64,000 nt of DNA from a virus. A program made the translations under genes and the position numbers. This document shows, piece by piece, positions 10,601-17,300 of the stretch. The stretch covers positions 1-64,000 of the IMG/VR virus record IMGVR_UViG_3300045988_017048; one strand, written 5' to 3'. Below the pieces are notes generated by a model. That model saw nothing but the letters and a program-made list of their open reading frames with translations, made no database searches and was not told the origin of the DNA. The stretch's first letter is position 1. Every line of letters starts with the position of its first letter.

Positions 10601-12291
10601 GCATCAAGGAGATAATATACACCCTCAGGCTTATTAATGGCAATAGTTTCCATCTTGAATGCACCATCAGGCATCATCTTCTTCTTTTGAATCCAGTAAG
10701 GCATAAAGTCCTTTCTGAAGTCTTGGTAGAATTGAGAGAATAAAGTCTCATTACCTTGGAGTAACTTGGTTACTTGCTTAACCCAAGGCTTGATTTTTTG
10801 CAAATCCTGCATCAAAGGAAGCATATCATCAGAGTTAATCATGTTCCTTAACTTATCAATGAAAGTAGCATGAACATAGTCAGCATCAAGGTATCTTGTG
10901 AAACCTAAATCATCCTTTTCATACTTACCTCTATAGTCAAGTTTAGGTACTTGTCTGATTACTTTTCTTACAGCTTGTGACAGAGACTCATGTGAACTTA
11001 CCTGTCTGAAATTAGTCATCCATCCATCTTTATAAGCCTCTTCTTGTCTCCAATCCTCTGTTTCATTGTCTACCTCACTATTACCATCAGGGTCATCATT
11101 ATTGAGATTTGCATCAGCAGGTGCAATGTAGTTGGGGTCTATCCTAATACCCTCAGTCATTACAAGTAAAGTACTTGCTTCCTCAGCAAGAGCTTTATAA
11201 ACACTAGGGTCATCAACTATCTTCTTATACTCCTGATTCTTATAAGCAGCTTTCTTCTTGGCAGCTTCTAACTTCTGCTCATCAGAGAACTTATCTGCAC
11301 CTCTCATAGAGTTGATTGCATTAAGTTCTTGTTGTATTCTGCCTTCTTCTGTATCTTGTACATAAGAATTAAAGATATTAGCTACTCTCTTGAATATGCC
11401 AGCAGGAGTATACTTCTTTATAGCAGAGAATCTATCCAAGCTATTAAGCTCGGCCTGCAATTCTTCTTTCTCTACACCACTGGCATCATCAATTCTTCTC
11501 TTCAAAGAATCAGTCATTTCCTGCAAGGCATTATCAACTTCATTACTGAAGAATCTTGCAATAAGTGTCACTCTATCTCTTCTTGTTTTTGGGTCAAAGA
11601 GTAGGTCCACCTTTTGCTGTTCCTCAACAGAAGTAATCCTTGGAGTATCAAAAGAACTGCTAAGTGACTCATCAAGAGTAGTAGCTTTAACTCCACTACT
11701 CTGACTATTGAGTATTTCAGCCAAAGCTCTTGCCTGACTTACTCTTGTATTAGCAAATTGGTCAGTAAGTGTTTTACCTTTAGCTTTTATTCTAAGCTCA
11801 TCTATTAACTCAGGATTCTGCCTTGCCCATTCTTGCCATAATGGTAGATAACCTTCAGTATAAGAGAAGTCTTCTCTTTCTTCTTTAGTTTTCAAAGCTT
11901 CATTATAGAGTCTTGAATCTTTAGCAGGAGCTTGACCTTTTCTACTCTTCTTAATGACAGATTGATACACATCTTCAATAGTTCTGCCACCTACATCAAC
12001 ACCATCTATAACAGTGCCTTTCTTGAATGTAGCTACAAGAGCAGAAAATCTTTTATCTCCTCTTGTAGAAACTTCATAGCCATTTTCAGCAGTTCTTGCC
12101 CACTTAGATGGGACTGCCTTTCTTATTTCCTTAATAAAATCATTGAGTTCACTACCTAATGGAATATCCTCAATAGACTTATTATTCTTTTCCTGCCACA
12201 GTCCAACCAAATTAAGTATTGATTGCTCTGTTTCATTAGGAAACTTCTTAGCTAATTCTCTAATTTCTGGTGTTATAATTAAACAACTCAT
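4630..12291 (-). CDS. crAss-like giant virion RNA polymerase (two-barrel, phi14:2 gp66-type)
   Basis: 2553-aa ORF; contains LSGSDFDVDKMY (a DxDxD metal-binding signature); the size and the paired giant downstream gene are typical of crAss-like phages; own promoter upstream. Confidence 0.8.
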   Translation of the reverse strand: MSCLIITPEIRELAKKFPNETEQSILNLVGLWQEKNNKSIEDIPLGSELNDFIKEIRKAVPSKWARTAENGYEVSTRGDKRFSALVATFKKGTVIDGVDVGGRTIEDVYQSVIKKSRKGQAPAKDSRLYNEALKTKEEREDFSYTEGYLPLWQEWARQNPELIDELRIKAKGKTLTDQFANTRVSQARALAEILNSQSSGVKATTLDESLSSSFDTPRITSVEEQQKVDLLFDPKTRRDRVTLIARFFSNEVDNALQEMTDSLKRRIDDASGVEKEELQAELNSLDRFSAIKKYTPAGIFKRVANIFNSYVQDTEEGRIQQELNAINSMRGADKFSDEQKLEAAKKKAAYKNQEYKKIVDDPSVYKALAEEASTLLVMTEGIRIDPNYIAPADANLNNDDPDGNSEVDNETEDWRQEEAYKDGWMTNFRQVSSHESLSQAVRKVIRQVPKLDYRGKYEKDDLGFTRYLDADYVHATFIDKLRNMINSDDMLPLMQDLQKIKPWVKQVTKLLQGNETLFSQFYQDFRKDFMPYWIQKKKMMPDGAFKMETIAINKPEGVYYLLDAWRDNYENGVQLDDDSVYEKNGEINKDNAAKGLQWTETLNNMFQNLDTESRLQLLEREDVWNTIMKLLHMLGIDANPSILKTALTDIKTAPGITFTDPIMLLLPQLNIIFSGIKKGEVKSETKEDGTEKRGDLINTFGSAYNMIASMMAEVTEDAIESSVRENDKSYYSHVTPNYLGKLIKNLKNVMNDKKRFEQFMQTEFKQYEWFFKSDHWRNDWLRQLAESDELRKGLNHKVVLNSDKVDYTNWDDLDYTLALLTEYWGDPDSAKSSIKYAWYHVPILSDSPSAEFIRFRKYTTGDVLDENGKKRTYDDVILDKLVDLVNQEYDRIMLVRERDEAYQRGDKGVEPIANYDIARDKNGNIKSMGGAEFKFLPALNNLRYDNGETFIDRLSRLKSKGTGAELRNFLRTALNDMMEDGFEQTYRDWSRVGLLDELPNGKYKYLPFEGQSKQNTITAKALTKAKDALGSLWNTNMELMLRAYNNNSAFDNREANSLMEQIKALLTDKATRGEMELKDVQSISRSLFVKNNAKDALREYYWNSKLATSQIIQLTTTDLAFYKNLEDFQKRYKEVHAPALRLNTKATYKGERIGRDWERTIYLKDDEIISSVLEDIKTVLDERVRRNEMTKIDRDNIISKFRNVNVADAQAYRSLSSYRAILGMSGQWTDDMEQAYNNFKNGDWNIKDFNIIWQTKKPYVYTQVNNNSGIEGHTGIKTPVQHKNSEFLLLAMHELIAGPLGRSGKLKAINKFMEDNQIDVVQFESTTKVGKQGVIDLNDINTEADVIQRLKDATGIGFGNENPNVVHKVSYEDYGIQTATPEHAIDAVQLVGTQIRKLITADISDDTIIEVNGKKMTKREWLDLYNAINTENILQAFADVDEIFKDPKKVEEILLEEIRGNQRYGMDMMRACTLDENNNFNIPLFDPVQSQRVQTLLNSVIKSRITKQKIRGGALIQVSDYGLTDELHIVFEGEGANKRIKYLECYMPAYSREFYEPLMNPNTHQLDVTKLPDDLRKLIGYRVPTEDKYSMAPLYIKGFLPQQNGSAIMLPAEITTLSGSDFDVDKMYIMLPEFRVKKYDMRQAREDYARMNSIFNQVLSQFTNSQLAEDILNADTDDFKEWFKENKEKYRLAKPTISKVNYNFNKSPQENSLEARNNLLIDMMYGVLTNADTASKILNPGGFDYQKKAARIMTILNDSYESDLAQALKDVGVELNKTVQKGGKSYPKSIASYLFDLDLGTLDKLAEKTKVKMDPLSPRTQVMLHQQNMTGAKLIGIYANHNANHALMQHTQLALDEENGSFVLNGKRLTSLHDIMNGDKEFISKNNAGFLAASVDNVKDPVLAALNQNTFTADASMLLSRLGYNPIEIGLLMMQPIVQEITQTYFRESREGKGKDTIIDEVLDKYKEKAALNNDLTYDNYKNNSFYNEELADNIMLAKEAVADRSQTSDFRKIEFYQKQVAVGYLFKRVMNSADALGQLVQATRSDTQGGAAGPTIADTELKMQKVKDLLDQIENNAKFPLKNANVILDGLLSDNPDTSTLRERLLSAPLPFLQAFYTLGLQRTEDFFKSYFPQYTESFRAVIDDLRDMTKTGKLNVKTMNSIYNDLLAYIMSKNDFFGSELIVNPDSEVGDTIVTSSDKRKDFINNFPEYFKRVVTDNEDIADLEFIKRLKVIRANDNNPVDTVVFKNVGQLSPTLRERYMRDWASLLYMNNPEAQKLALNLFRYSYYRNGFAFGPSTFIHLAPVAVRNAIPGYISTLRTLLSSSDDYSQFVDQYVYNHLDNRKLVPEIPDTASVQFIGEDNEVKDEVTFVIDDNTTFGDKKVIKKRIDTPDGPAYDFFKYIGKRIRGKYIYYKLASLSTEQANVATYERIEPLGFRNSFIEYEYGKDVEEMETVIDKNRKDYDPYADTLSRFDLGDAGVDYDSMPDYQGMPQEYWDSIPQVDTDAFQQVYGTPLDTSAPKADDVTSIQPNTEYKDENGDSICGAPTLYSL

Positions 12292-12313
12292 ATAATTTAA
12301 AATATTATTTGTG

Positions 12314-12344
12314 CAAAGGTAAGGAATTTAATTGTAATATACAA
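12314..12344 (-). promoter_or_regulatory. Bacteroidetes sigma-A-type promoter for the RNAP gene
   Basis: Minus strand TTGTAT-N17-TACCTTTG (-33-like / -7 TAnnTTTG); the -7 box ends about 22 nt before the ATG at 12291. Confidence 0.65.
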
Positions 12345-12349
12345 GCTTT

Positions 12350-12396
12350 TATTCAAAAAGCTAAAGGGAGAACAAGTATTTAACTTATTCCCCCTT
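12350..12396 (-). terminator. Probable intrinsic terminator after the 209-aa gene
   Basis: Minus strand hairpin AAGGGGGAATAAGT-taaat-ACTTGTTCTCCCTT followed by TAGCTTTTTG. Confidence 0.5.
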
Positions 12397-12403
12397 ACAA
12401 GAA

Positions 12404-13033
12404 TTATTCAACTACATACTTGACACCACCAAAGATTAAATATTTAATGGTGTTGATATTGACAGGTCTAACTCCAGACTCTTTATCTGTTTGTTGTATA
12501 TCCATATCAATGCAATTATATCTACCATCTCTTGACTCAAATTGAATCTTATAGCCTCTAAGGACTCTATCTTCACCTTCTTCATAGGGTAAGATAGGCT
12601 CTTTGATAAGCTCAGTAATGAGTTGCTTAGCCCTTTCAGCTACTCCCTTCTTATTTGCTTTAACCTTATCAATATCCTTAGAGAACTGGTCTACAAGATA
12701 GTCAATCTCCTCATTGAGCTTCTTCTTACTCTTAGGCTTATCCTGCTTCTTAAAGCATACAGTAAATACCTGACCAGAGTGGATGTTCTCCCAGATGCTT
12801 CTAATACCAAGAGTACCATCCTTCTTATCTTCCTTAGTTACTTTTACTGTAGTCTCAAACAAGTCAGCAGAATCAGTATAGTTCTTCAAATAGCTCATAC
12901 CAATCTGAACCTCTTCACCACTTTCAAAATGAGTAAGACAAGCATTAGAACCTGATACTCTGTTCACAATATAGTGAGAACTCTCACTAATAATGGAACC
13001 TTGTTTTAACTGATTTATATGCTCAATAGCCAT
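12404..13033 (-). CDS. Hypothetical protein (209 aa)
   Basis: ORF in the leftward operon; A-rich leader (AAAAAAAAAGATT) before the ATG. Confidence 0.7.
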   Translation of the reverse strand: MAIEHINQLKQGSIISESSHYIVNRVSGSNACLTHFESGEEVQIGMSYLKNYTDSADLFETTVKVTKEDKKDGTLGIRSIWENIHSGQVFTVCFKKQDKPKSKKKLNEEIDYLVDQFSKDIDKVKANKKGVAERAKQLITELIKEPILPYEEGEDRVLRGYKIQFESRDGRYNCIDMDIQQTDKESGVRPVNINTIKYLIFGGVKYVVE

Positions 13034-13044
13034 AATCTTTTTTT

Positions 13045-14067
13045 TTAGTTATTAATATACTTTCTTGCAATAAATTCCTTCATCAAAGGTTCTGCTAATT
13101 CCTTAGCCTGAGGATGTGGAGCACCTGTAGTACCTCTTGCTCTTAGGTCAAAGAAGTGATTCCAATCAGATACAAATCCAGTTACAACCAATTCTGTCTT
13201 TAAGGAGTTAGGTAAAACAGCTCTTGCTTGCTGAGGTGTCCATGGATTACCTTTAAATCCTGTAGTATATCTTATATCAGCAACTCTATTTTCCCATTTA
13301 TCCATCAACCTAAAATATGCCTTCTCAGCACTATCTAATGCTTGAATGTAATCACATACTTCTACATAATTACTCTTTTTATTTACCCAAGCCTTGAAGT
13401 TCACAGATTCTCCAAATGGATTCTCCTCTGTAGCCCCAACTCTATAATTTATTCCATCATGCCAATATGCTCTTCCTTCTGGTATATCTAACCAACAAGG
13501 AATAATGAAGGTAATTTCATTACCAAACTTATCCTTGGAGTAGTTACAGTATCTTGTACTTTCTTGAGCAAAAGACATTACTCTATGCCTTACAAACTCA
13601 TGTGATACACCTCTATCACATACAAAGTGTACAGTAACTCTCTTCTCATGGAACACTGTAGGTTCACAGATATACTTTAAGTCTTTGAGCCAATTATTCT
13701 CTATTAATACCCTGTAATTAGTAGTTATGAAGACAGTATCATAATAATGATTTACTTTTATTATAGAGTATTTATTATTAGCATACCTACTTATAAGCTT
13801 ATTTAGTTCACTTTGCTGACTATGATACTCTTCTTCTCCTACCTCAGATGGGTCTTTAACATGAAATTCCAAATACACAGTTCCATGTTCCAACATAGCA
13901 CCATGACCAGACTTAATCATCCTGTCTACAAATGGCTTAGCAGAACCTTCTGTTATCTTATCCTCAGATTTATAGCATACTCTGCCCACTTTCTCAATCT
14001 GTTTATAAACTCCTTCAAGACCAGCAGGCTGATTCCATATTTCAAAACTTGGCTTAATTAGCTTCAT
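13045..14067 (-). CDS. thyX: Flavin-dependent thymidylate synthase ThyX
   Basis: ThyX signature RHRxxS in VRHRVMSFAQESTRY; 340 aa. Confidence 0.85.
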   Translation of the reverse strand: MKLIKPSFEIWNQPAGLEGVYKQIEKVGRVCYKSEDKITEGSAKPFVDRMIKSGHGAMLEHGTVYLEFHVKDPSEVGEEEYHSQQSELNKLISRYANNKYSIIKVNHYYDTVFITTNYRVLIENNWLKDLKYICEPTVFHEKRVTVHFVCDRGVSHEFVRHRVMSFAQESTRYCNYSKDKFGNEITFIIPCWLDIPEGRAYWHDGINYRVGATEENPFGESVNFKAWVNKKSNYVEVCDYIQALDSAEKAYFRLMDKWENRVADIRYTTGFKGNPWTPQQARAVLPNSLKTELVVTGFVSDWNHFFDLRARGTTGAPHPQAKELAEPLMKEFIARKYINN

Positions 14068-14305
14068 TGCAGAACCCTTTTAACTCTTGAATACCTAACA
14101 GACCACTATGTCTTTTTACAACATTTCCCTCATCATCTACTAAGATAAGAGTAGGTACTGTTCTTATCTCATACTTGGCTACAATATCTTCACCTTGTAT
14201 AGATTGAACATCTATACTTTCATGAGGAATACCCGCAAGTTGAAGATTACTCTCCAGTACTTTACAGGGTCCACAAGTTCTCGAATAAATCTTTAATACT
14301 TTCAT
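14054..14305 (-). CDS. Thioredoxin/glutaredoxin-like redoxin
   Basis: CGPC active-site motif (SRTCGPCKVL); 83 aa; next to RNR and ThyX genes. Confidence 0.65.
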   Translation of the reverse strand: MKVLKIYSRTCGPCKVLESNLQLAGIPHESIDVQSIQGEDIVAKYEIRTVPTLILVDDEGNVVKRHSGLLGIQELKGFCNEAN

Positions 14306-14463
14306 TATTTTAAATTTATAGTTACACTCTCACAGAACATAACACTACATTCATCAATGTTATGTCCATACTCTCTTAATAGTGCTTCAGTATCCTTATC
14401 TTCAGGATTAGTATATACACTTACACTACTATCAGAGAAGTCCATTACAACTAATCTTTCCAT
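14305..14463 (-). CDS. Small hypothetical protein (52 aa, below the ORF-track cutoff)
   Basis: ATG lies 2 nt after the upstream stop; its TAA overlaps the thioredoxin ATG (TAATG); translation checked by hand: MERLVVMDFSDSSVSVYTNPEDKDTEALLREYGHNIDECSVMFCESVTINLK. Confidence 0.5.
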   Translation of the reverse strand: MERLVVMDFSDSSVSVYTNPEDKDTEALLREYGHNIDECSVMFCESVTINLK

Positions 14464-14465
14464 AG

Positions 14466-14804
14466 CTACTCCTCCAAATTTACTTCAAAATCATCAACAC
14501 ACCAATTACTTAAATCTTCATGTACTTTTGGATTGCTCTTAACATAAGGGTGAGCACTTTGAGGTAATACAATCTGCTCTTCAACTGCACCTTTAAGGTC
14601 ACAGTTTGAGTAGTCTATATCCTCAGAATACTCACCATCTTCATCCTTTCCAGAGTCAGTAATCTCATAGTCAGATACTCTAACCTTTACAGTTTTACTA
14701 AGGGTGATACTTACTGTGACCTCAATTTCCCTTTCAGGATTATCAGTTTGATTCCAGGGTGCATCTTTAGTATCTGCACCCATAGGATAATTACAATTGT
14801 CCAT
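14466..14804 (-). CDS. Highly acidic hypothetical protein (112 aa), overlapping and downstream of the HicA-like gene
   Basis: D/E-rich ORF; its start overlaps the end of the HicA-like ORF by 14 nt. Confidence 0.65.
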   Translation of the reverse strand: MDNCNYPMGADTKDAPWNQTDNPEREIEVTVSITLSKTVKVRVSDYEITDSGKDEDGEYSEDIDYSNCDLKGAVEEQIVLPQSAHPYVKSNPKVHEDLSNWCVDDFEVNLEE

Positions 14805-15018
14805 TATTTTTTTTTCTCCTTTTAATGTCTGTTATCAAGTTATTCTCTTTAATCAGTCTTCGAGCAATTACACATTCAAGATTCTTAGGTATGCTGATAT
14901 GCCTTCCCTTATCATTCACATAGATAGCATGGTCTCCACTATGTCTGTTATAATGGAAACCATTAAACTCTACTATCTTTATGAACTCTCTTGATATATA
15001 TTGTCTCATACTATACAT
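14791..15018 (-). CDS. HicA/YcfA-like mRNA interferase family protein
   Basis: NGFHYNRHSGDHAIYVNDKGRHISIPKN..IARRLIKENNL resembles the HicA core (G-x-H ... vP.H ... l..i.kq.gl); 75 aa. Confidence 0.55.
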   Translation of the reverse strand: MYSMRQYISREFIKIVEFNGFHYNRHSGDHAIYVNDKGRHISIPKNLECVIARRLIKENNLITDIKRRKKNNGQL

Positions 15019-15469
15019 TCAGGATGTCTTTATACTTTTCATAAGTCTTCCTTATGACTTCTTCTCCCACAGGATTAGGTCTCTTTGAGTCCCTCTCTAT
15101 ACACTCTTGAAGGGGTGTAAAGAAGTCTTTGAACTCAAGGCTATACTTGGGTCTTACTACATCAGGCACTACTCCCTTTGGATTATTCCAACTATCAAGT
15201 ATTGTGTTATAATACTCTATTTCCTTAGGATTGAGATTCATATTGTCGATAACAATATCAAGTCCACAGGACATAGAACTTAGCAAGAAAACACTTCTCA
15301 AGCTTTTTACTAAATCCTCTCTGCTGGGAACCCAATACTTACCTAACATATTTCTGATGTCATCATTGTTGAATCTTACTCTATGTTCTGGGTCTTCAAG
15401 TGCCCATTGTTTAGCCCATGTAGTCTTACCACTACCTTGAATACCTCTACATAAAATTATCTTTGGCAT
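15011..15469 (-). CDS. P-loop polynucleotide kinase-like protein (T4 Pnk kinase domain only)
   Basis: MPKIILCRGIQGSGKTTWAKQW...RFNNDDIR resembles the T4 PseT N-terminus (recalled as MKKIILTIGCPGSGKSTWA...NINRDDYR); no phosphatase domain. Confidence 0.6.
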   Translation of the reverse strand: MPKIILCRGIQGSGKTTWAKQWALEDPEHRVRFNNDDIRNMLGKYWVPSREDLVKSLRSVFLLSSMSCGLDIVIDNMNLNPKEIEYYNTILDSWNNPKGVVPDVVRPKYSLEFKDFFTPLQECIERDSKRPNPVGEEVIRKTYEKYKDILNV

Positions 15470-15744
15470 TGTCTTTCCCCCATGTATTCTTTATGTTCTT
15501 TACAATATTCACTGCCTTCCACAACAGGTTCCCCACAAAAGCACCTCTTCTTGGCATTAAATCCTAATTCAATACTTGACTCTGTTGAATCTCGGATTAT
15601 TTTTCTAATGATGCTAAGGGCAGTATTCAGTTCATTCATTTCAAGAGGTGTAAGCACTCCCTCTTCAAAGGAAAAGCCTGTAATACCTTTTAACCTAAAA
15701 AGTATTCTATTCCTTTTCTGCCATCTTAGTTGCTTCTCTGTCAT
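15457..15744 (-). CDS. Hypothetical protein (95 aa) with a C-terminal Cys/His cluster
   Basis: ORF in operon; CFCGEPVVEGSEYCKEH. Confidence 0.6.
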   Translation of the reverse strand: MTEKQLRWQKRNRILFRLKGITGFSFEEGVLTPLEMNELNTALSIIRKIIRDSTESSIELGFNAKKRCFCGEPVVEGSEYCKEHKEYMGERQCQR

Positions 15745-15745
15745 A

Positions 15746-15928
15746 TTACTTACTTTTATTGACTACAGAGTTCAAAACTAACAAAGCATCCCTAAGGATT
15801 TTCTTCTGAGCAGAAGTACAGTTACTCAATTCACCATACTCCTGTTCAAAAAGAAATGACCTTAGGTGGTTAGATAGTTTCAGAGTCTCTTTAGCCTTTG
15901 TTTTAACACTAACTTTAATTCCACTCAT
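15746..15928 (-). CDS. Hypothetical protein (60 aa)
   Basis: ORF whose end abuts the start of the next gene (2-nt spacing). Confidence 0.5.
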   Translation of the reverse strand: MSGIKVSVKTKAKETLKLSNHLRSFLFEQEYGELSNCTSAQKKILRDALLVLNSVVNKSK

Positions 15929-15937
15929 CTAGTATTT

Positions 15938-16084
15938 TCATATTATAATTGATTTAATCATTTCTTTTCTAAAGTAAGATAGTTGCTCTGTAGTAAGATT
16001 ATTTATCCACTCTATTGCATACTTTCTGTACTTAGGATGATTACTTTTATTAAACCTTATCAATAAATATTCATCTAGAGTCAT
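15938..16084 (-). CDS. Small hypothetical protein (48 aa, below the track cutoff)
   Basis: Hand-translated MTLDEYLLIRFNKSNHPKYRKYAIEWINNLTTEQLSYFRKEMIKSIII; ATG lies 1 nt after the upstream TAA. Confidence 0.4.
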   Translation of the reverse strand: MTLDEYLLIRFNKSNHPKYRKYAIEWINNLTTEQLSYFRKEMIKSIII

Positions 16085-16085
16085 A

Positions 16086-16229
16086 TTAAAATTCTTCTAT
16101 ATAGTCAGCATCAGGAAATGTAGCATAGACATCATCCCATGCTGCATCTCTCTCATGCTCTACATCCTCATCATACCTATTACTATAGGTTTCCCTGTGT
16201 CCATCTTTGAAATGTATTATAAATGTCAT
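16086..16229 (-). CDS. Small hypothetical acidic protein (47 aa, below the track cutoff)
   Basis: Hand-translated MTFIIHFKDGHRETYSNRYDEDVEHERDAAWDDVYATFPDADYIEEF; fills an otherwise empty gap in the operon. Confidence 0.4.
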   Translation of the reverse strand: MTFIIHFKDGHRETYSNRYDEDVEHERDAAWDDVYATFPDADYIEEF

Positions 16230-16238
16230 ATCCTACTG

Positions 16239-16910
16239 TTAAATATAATCTACTAAATATATACTCTCTCTAATTTTATAAGAATCATACAATTCTCTAA
16301 TGCTATCAGCATACCATTTAGTTCCTAGTAGGTACTCATACCATTTAGCAGTGACACTAGCATGAATCTCTATTAAGCCCCGATAATCCAGCTCAGAGAT
16401 GGTTGGAGGTTGTATGTCTTTGTAAACTGCTATGTAAGGCATTACTGATTGCCAGTTCCAATAAGTTATGGCTGAAGCTACTACTAGATTGTCATAAAGG
16501 TTTATTACCTTATGACAAAACTCTACAAAGAGGAGTCTCTGCCTGAGTAGTTGGTTTTCCTCAAAGTCACTCTTACTTCTTATATCTAGGATTAATCTAA
16601 GATATGCTTTATTAAAGCCATTGACTTGGATATATTCATTCAGCAGTTCTAATATATGGTAGACATCTCCTCTATATTCTACCTTATTATGAACTGCCAC
16701 AGGGTTTCCGTCTTTGTCAAACCTTACTCTTATGTCAAAGTATCTAGCACCATTGTTATATTGCCTTATTAAGTCCTTGTCTTGACACTTAGTCCAAGGA
16801 GATAATATCTTTCCCCAAAGTGTTTTAGGAGAAAGATATGTTAAACTATTATGACTACCTAACATAATTAAAATTTTGAAAATGATAATATCTTTAATAA
16901 CCAAAAGCAC
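16239..16910 (-). CDS. PI-PLC X-domain-like phosphodiesterase with an N-terminal hydrophobic segment
   Basis: GSHNSLTY ... QYNNGARYFDIRVRF resembles the PLC-like phosphodiesterase X-box (G-[ST]-H-[DN]-S ... G-x-R-Y-[FL]-D-[IL]-R); the true start may be the internal Met at 16865. Confidence 0.5.
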   Translation of the reverse strand: MLLVIKDIIIFKILIMLGSHNSLTYLSPKTLWGKILSPWTKCQDKDLIRQYNNGARYFDIRVRFDKDGNPVAVHNKVEYRGDVYHILELLNEYIQVNGFNKAYLRLILDIRSKSDFEENQLLRQRLLFVEFCHKVINLYDNLVVASAITYWNWQSVMPYIAVYKDIQPPTISELDYRGLIEIHASVTAKWYEYLLGTKWYADSIRELYDSYKIRESIYLVDYI

Positions 16911-17026
16911 AAGAGGAAGTACTACTAAACTAGCTCCTAGCCCTCCTATACAATAGGCTCCTAAACAGAAGGAAACACAGATGTGAAGGAATAATTACAT
17001 TCTTTACATCTCTTTTAAAAAGAGTA

Positions 17027-17287
17027 TTAATCTTCTGATATTCCATCTTTTTCTAGTCTTTTTATTTCATCATTGAGATAGAAGGCAGCCTTCTTCAAAT
17101 CTTCTATCCTCTTTTGTTTATCACTCATGCCCTTTTCAGATTTATGACCTGACCTAAGGACATATTTAATTACATTCCCTAGGTTGAAGTTCATGTGTCT
17201 AGTAATATCAATGACCTCTACACCACATAACTTTTTAAGCCATGTGTAATGTGGAGGATGATTAACATTATCAACTCTCTGTTCCAT
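17027..17287 (-). CDS. DUF3310-like small phage protein
   Basis: VNHPPHY...IDITRHMNFNLGNVIKYVLR is typical of DUF3310; the track ORF extends to 17389 and overlaps the polymerase, so the start is more likely the ATG at 17287. Confidence 0.6.
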   Translation of the reverse strand: MEQRVDNVNHPPHYTWLKKLCGVEVIDITRHMNFNLGNVIKYVLRSGHKSEKGMSDKQKRIEDLKKAAFYLNDEIKRLEKDGISED

Positions 17288-17300
17288 ATTATTTTTCTTT

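Noticed and set aside
1905-12159. About 25 track ORFs of 60-112 aa lying inside the two giant genes. Most are on the plus strand (for example 1905-2096, 3893-4231, 5546-5782, 11390-11704). Two are same-strand and out of frame (7368-7556, 8406-8627).
   Set aside because: - All are nested inside uninterrupted 1362-aa and 2553-aa ORFs.
- Their translations are low-complexity (Ser/Leu/Phe/Ile-rich), as expected from the reverse or shifted frame of AT-rich coding sequence.
- The same reasoning applies to analogous shadow ORFs inside every other called gene (for example 12623-12955, 17563-17868, 26237-26617, 29743-30168, 32071-32496, 35648-36142, 47651-48043).
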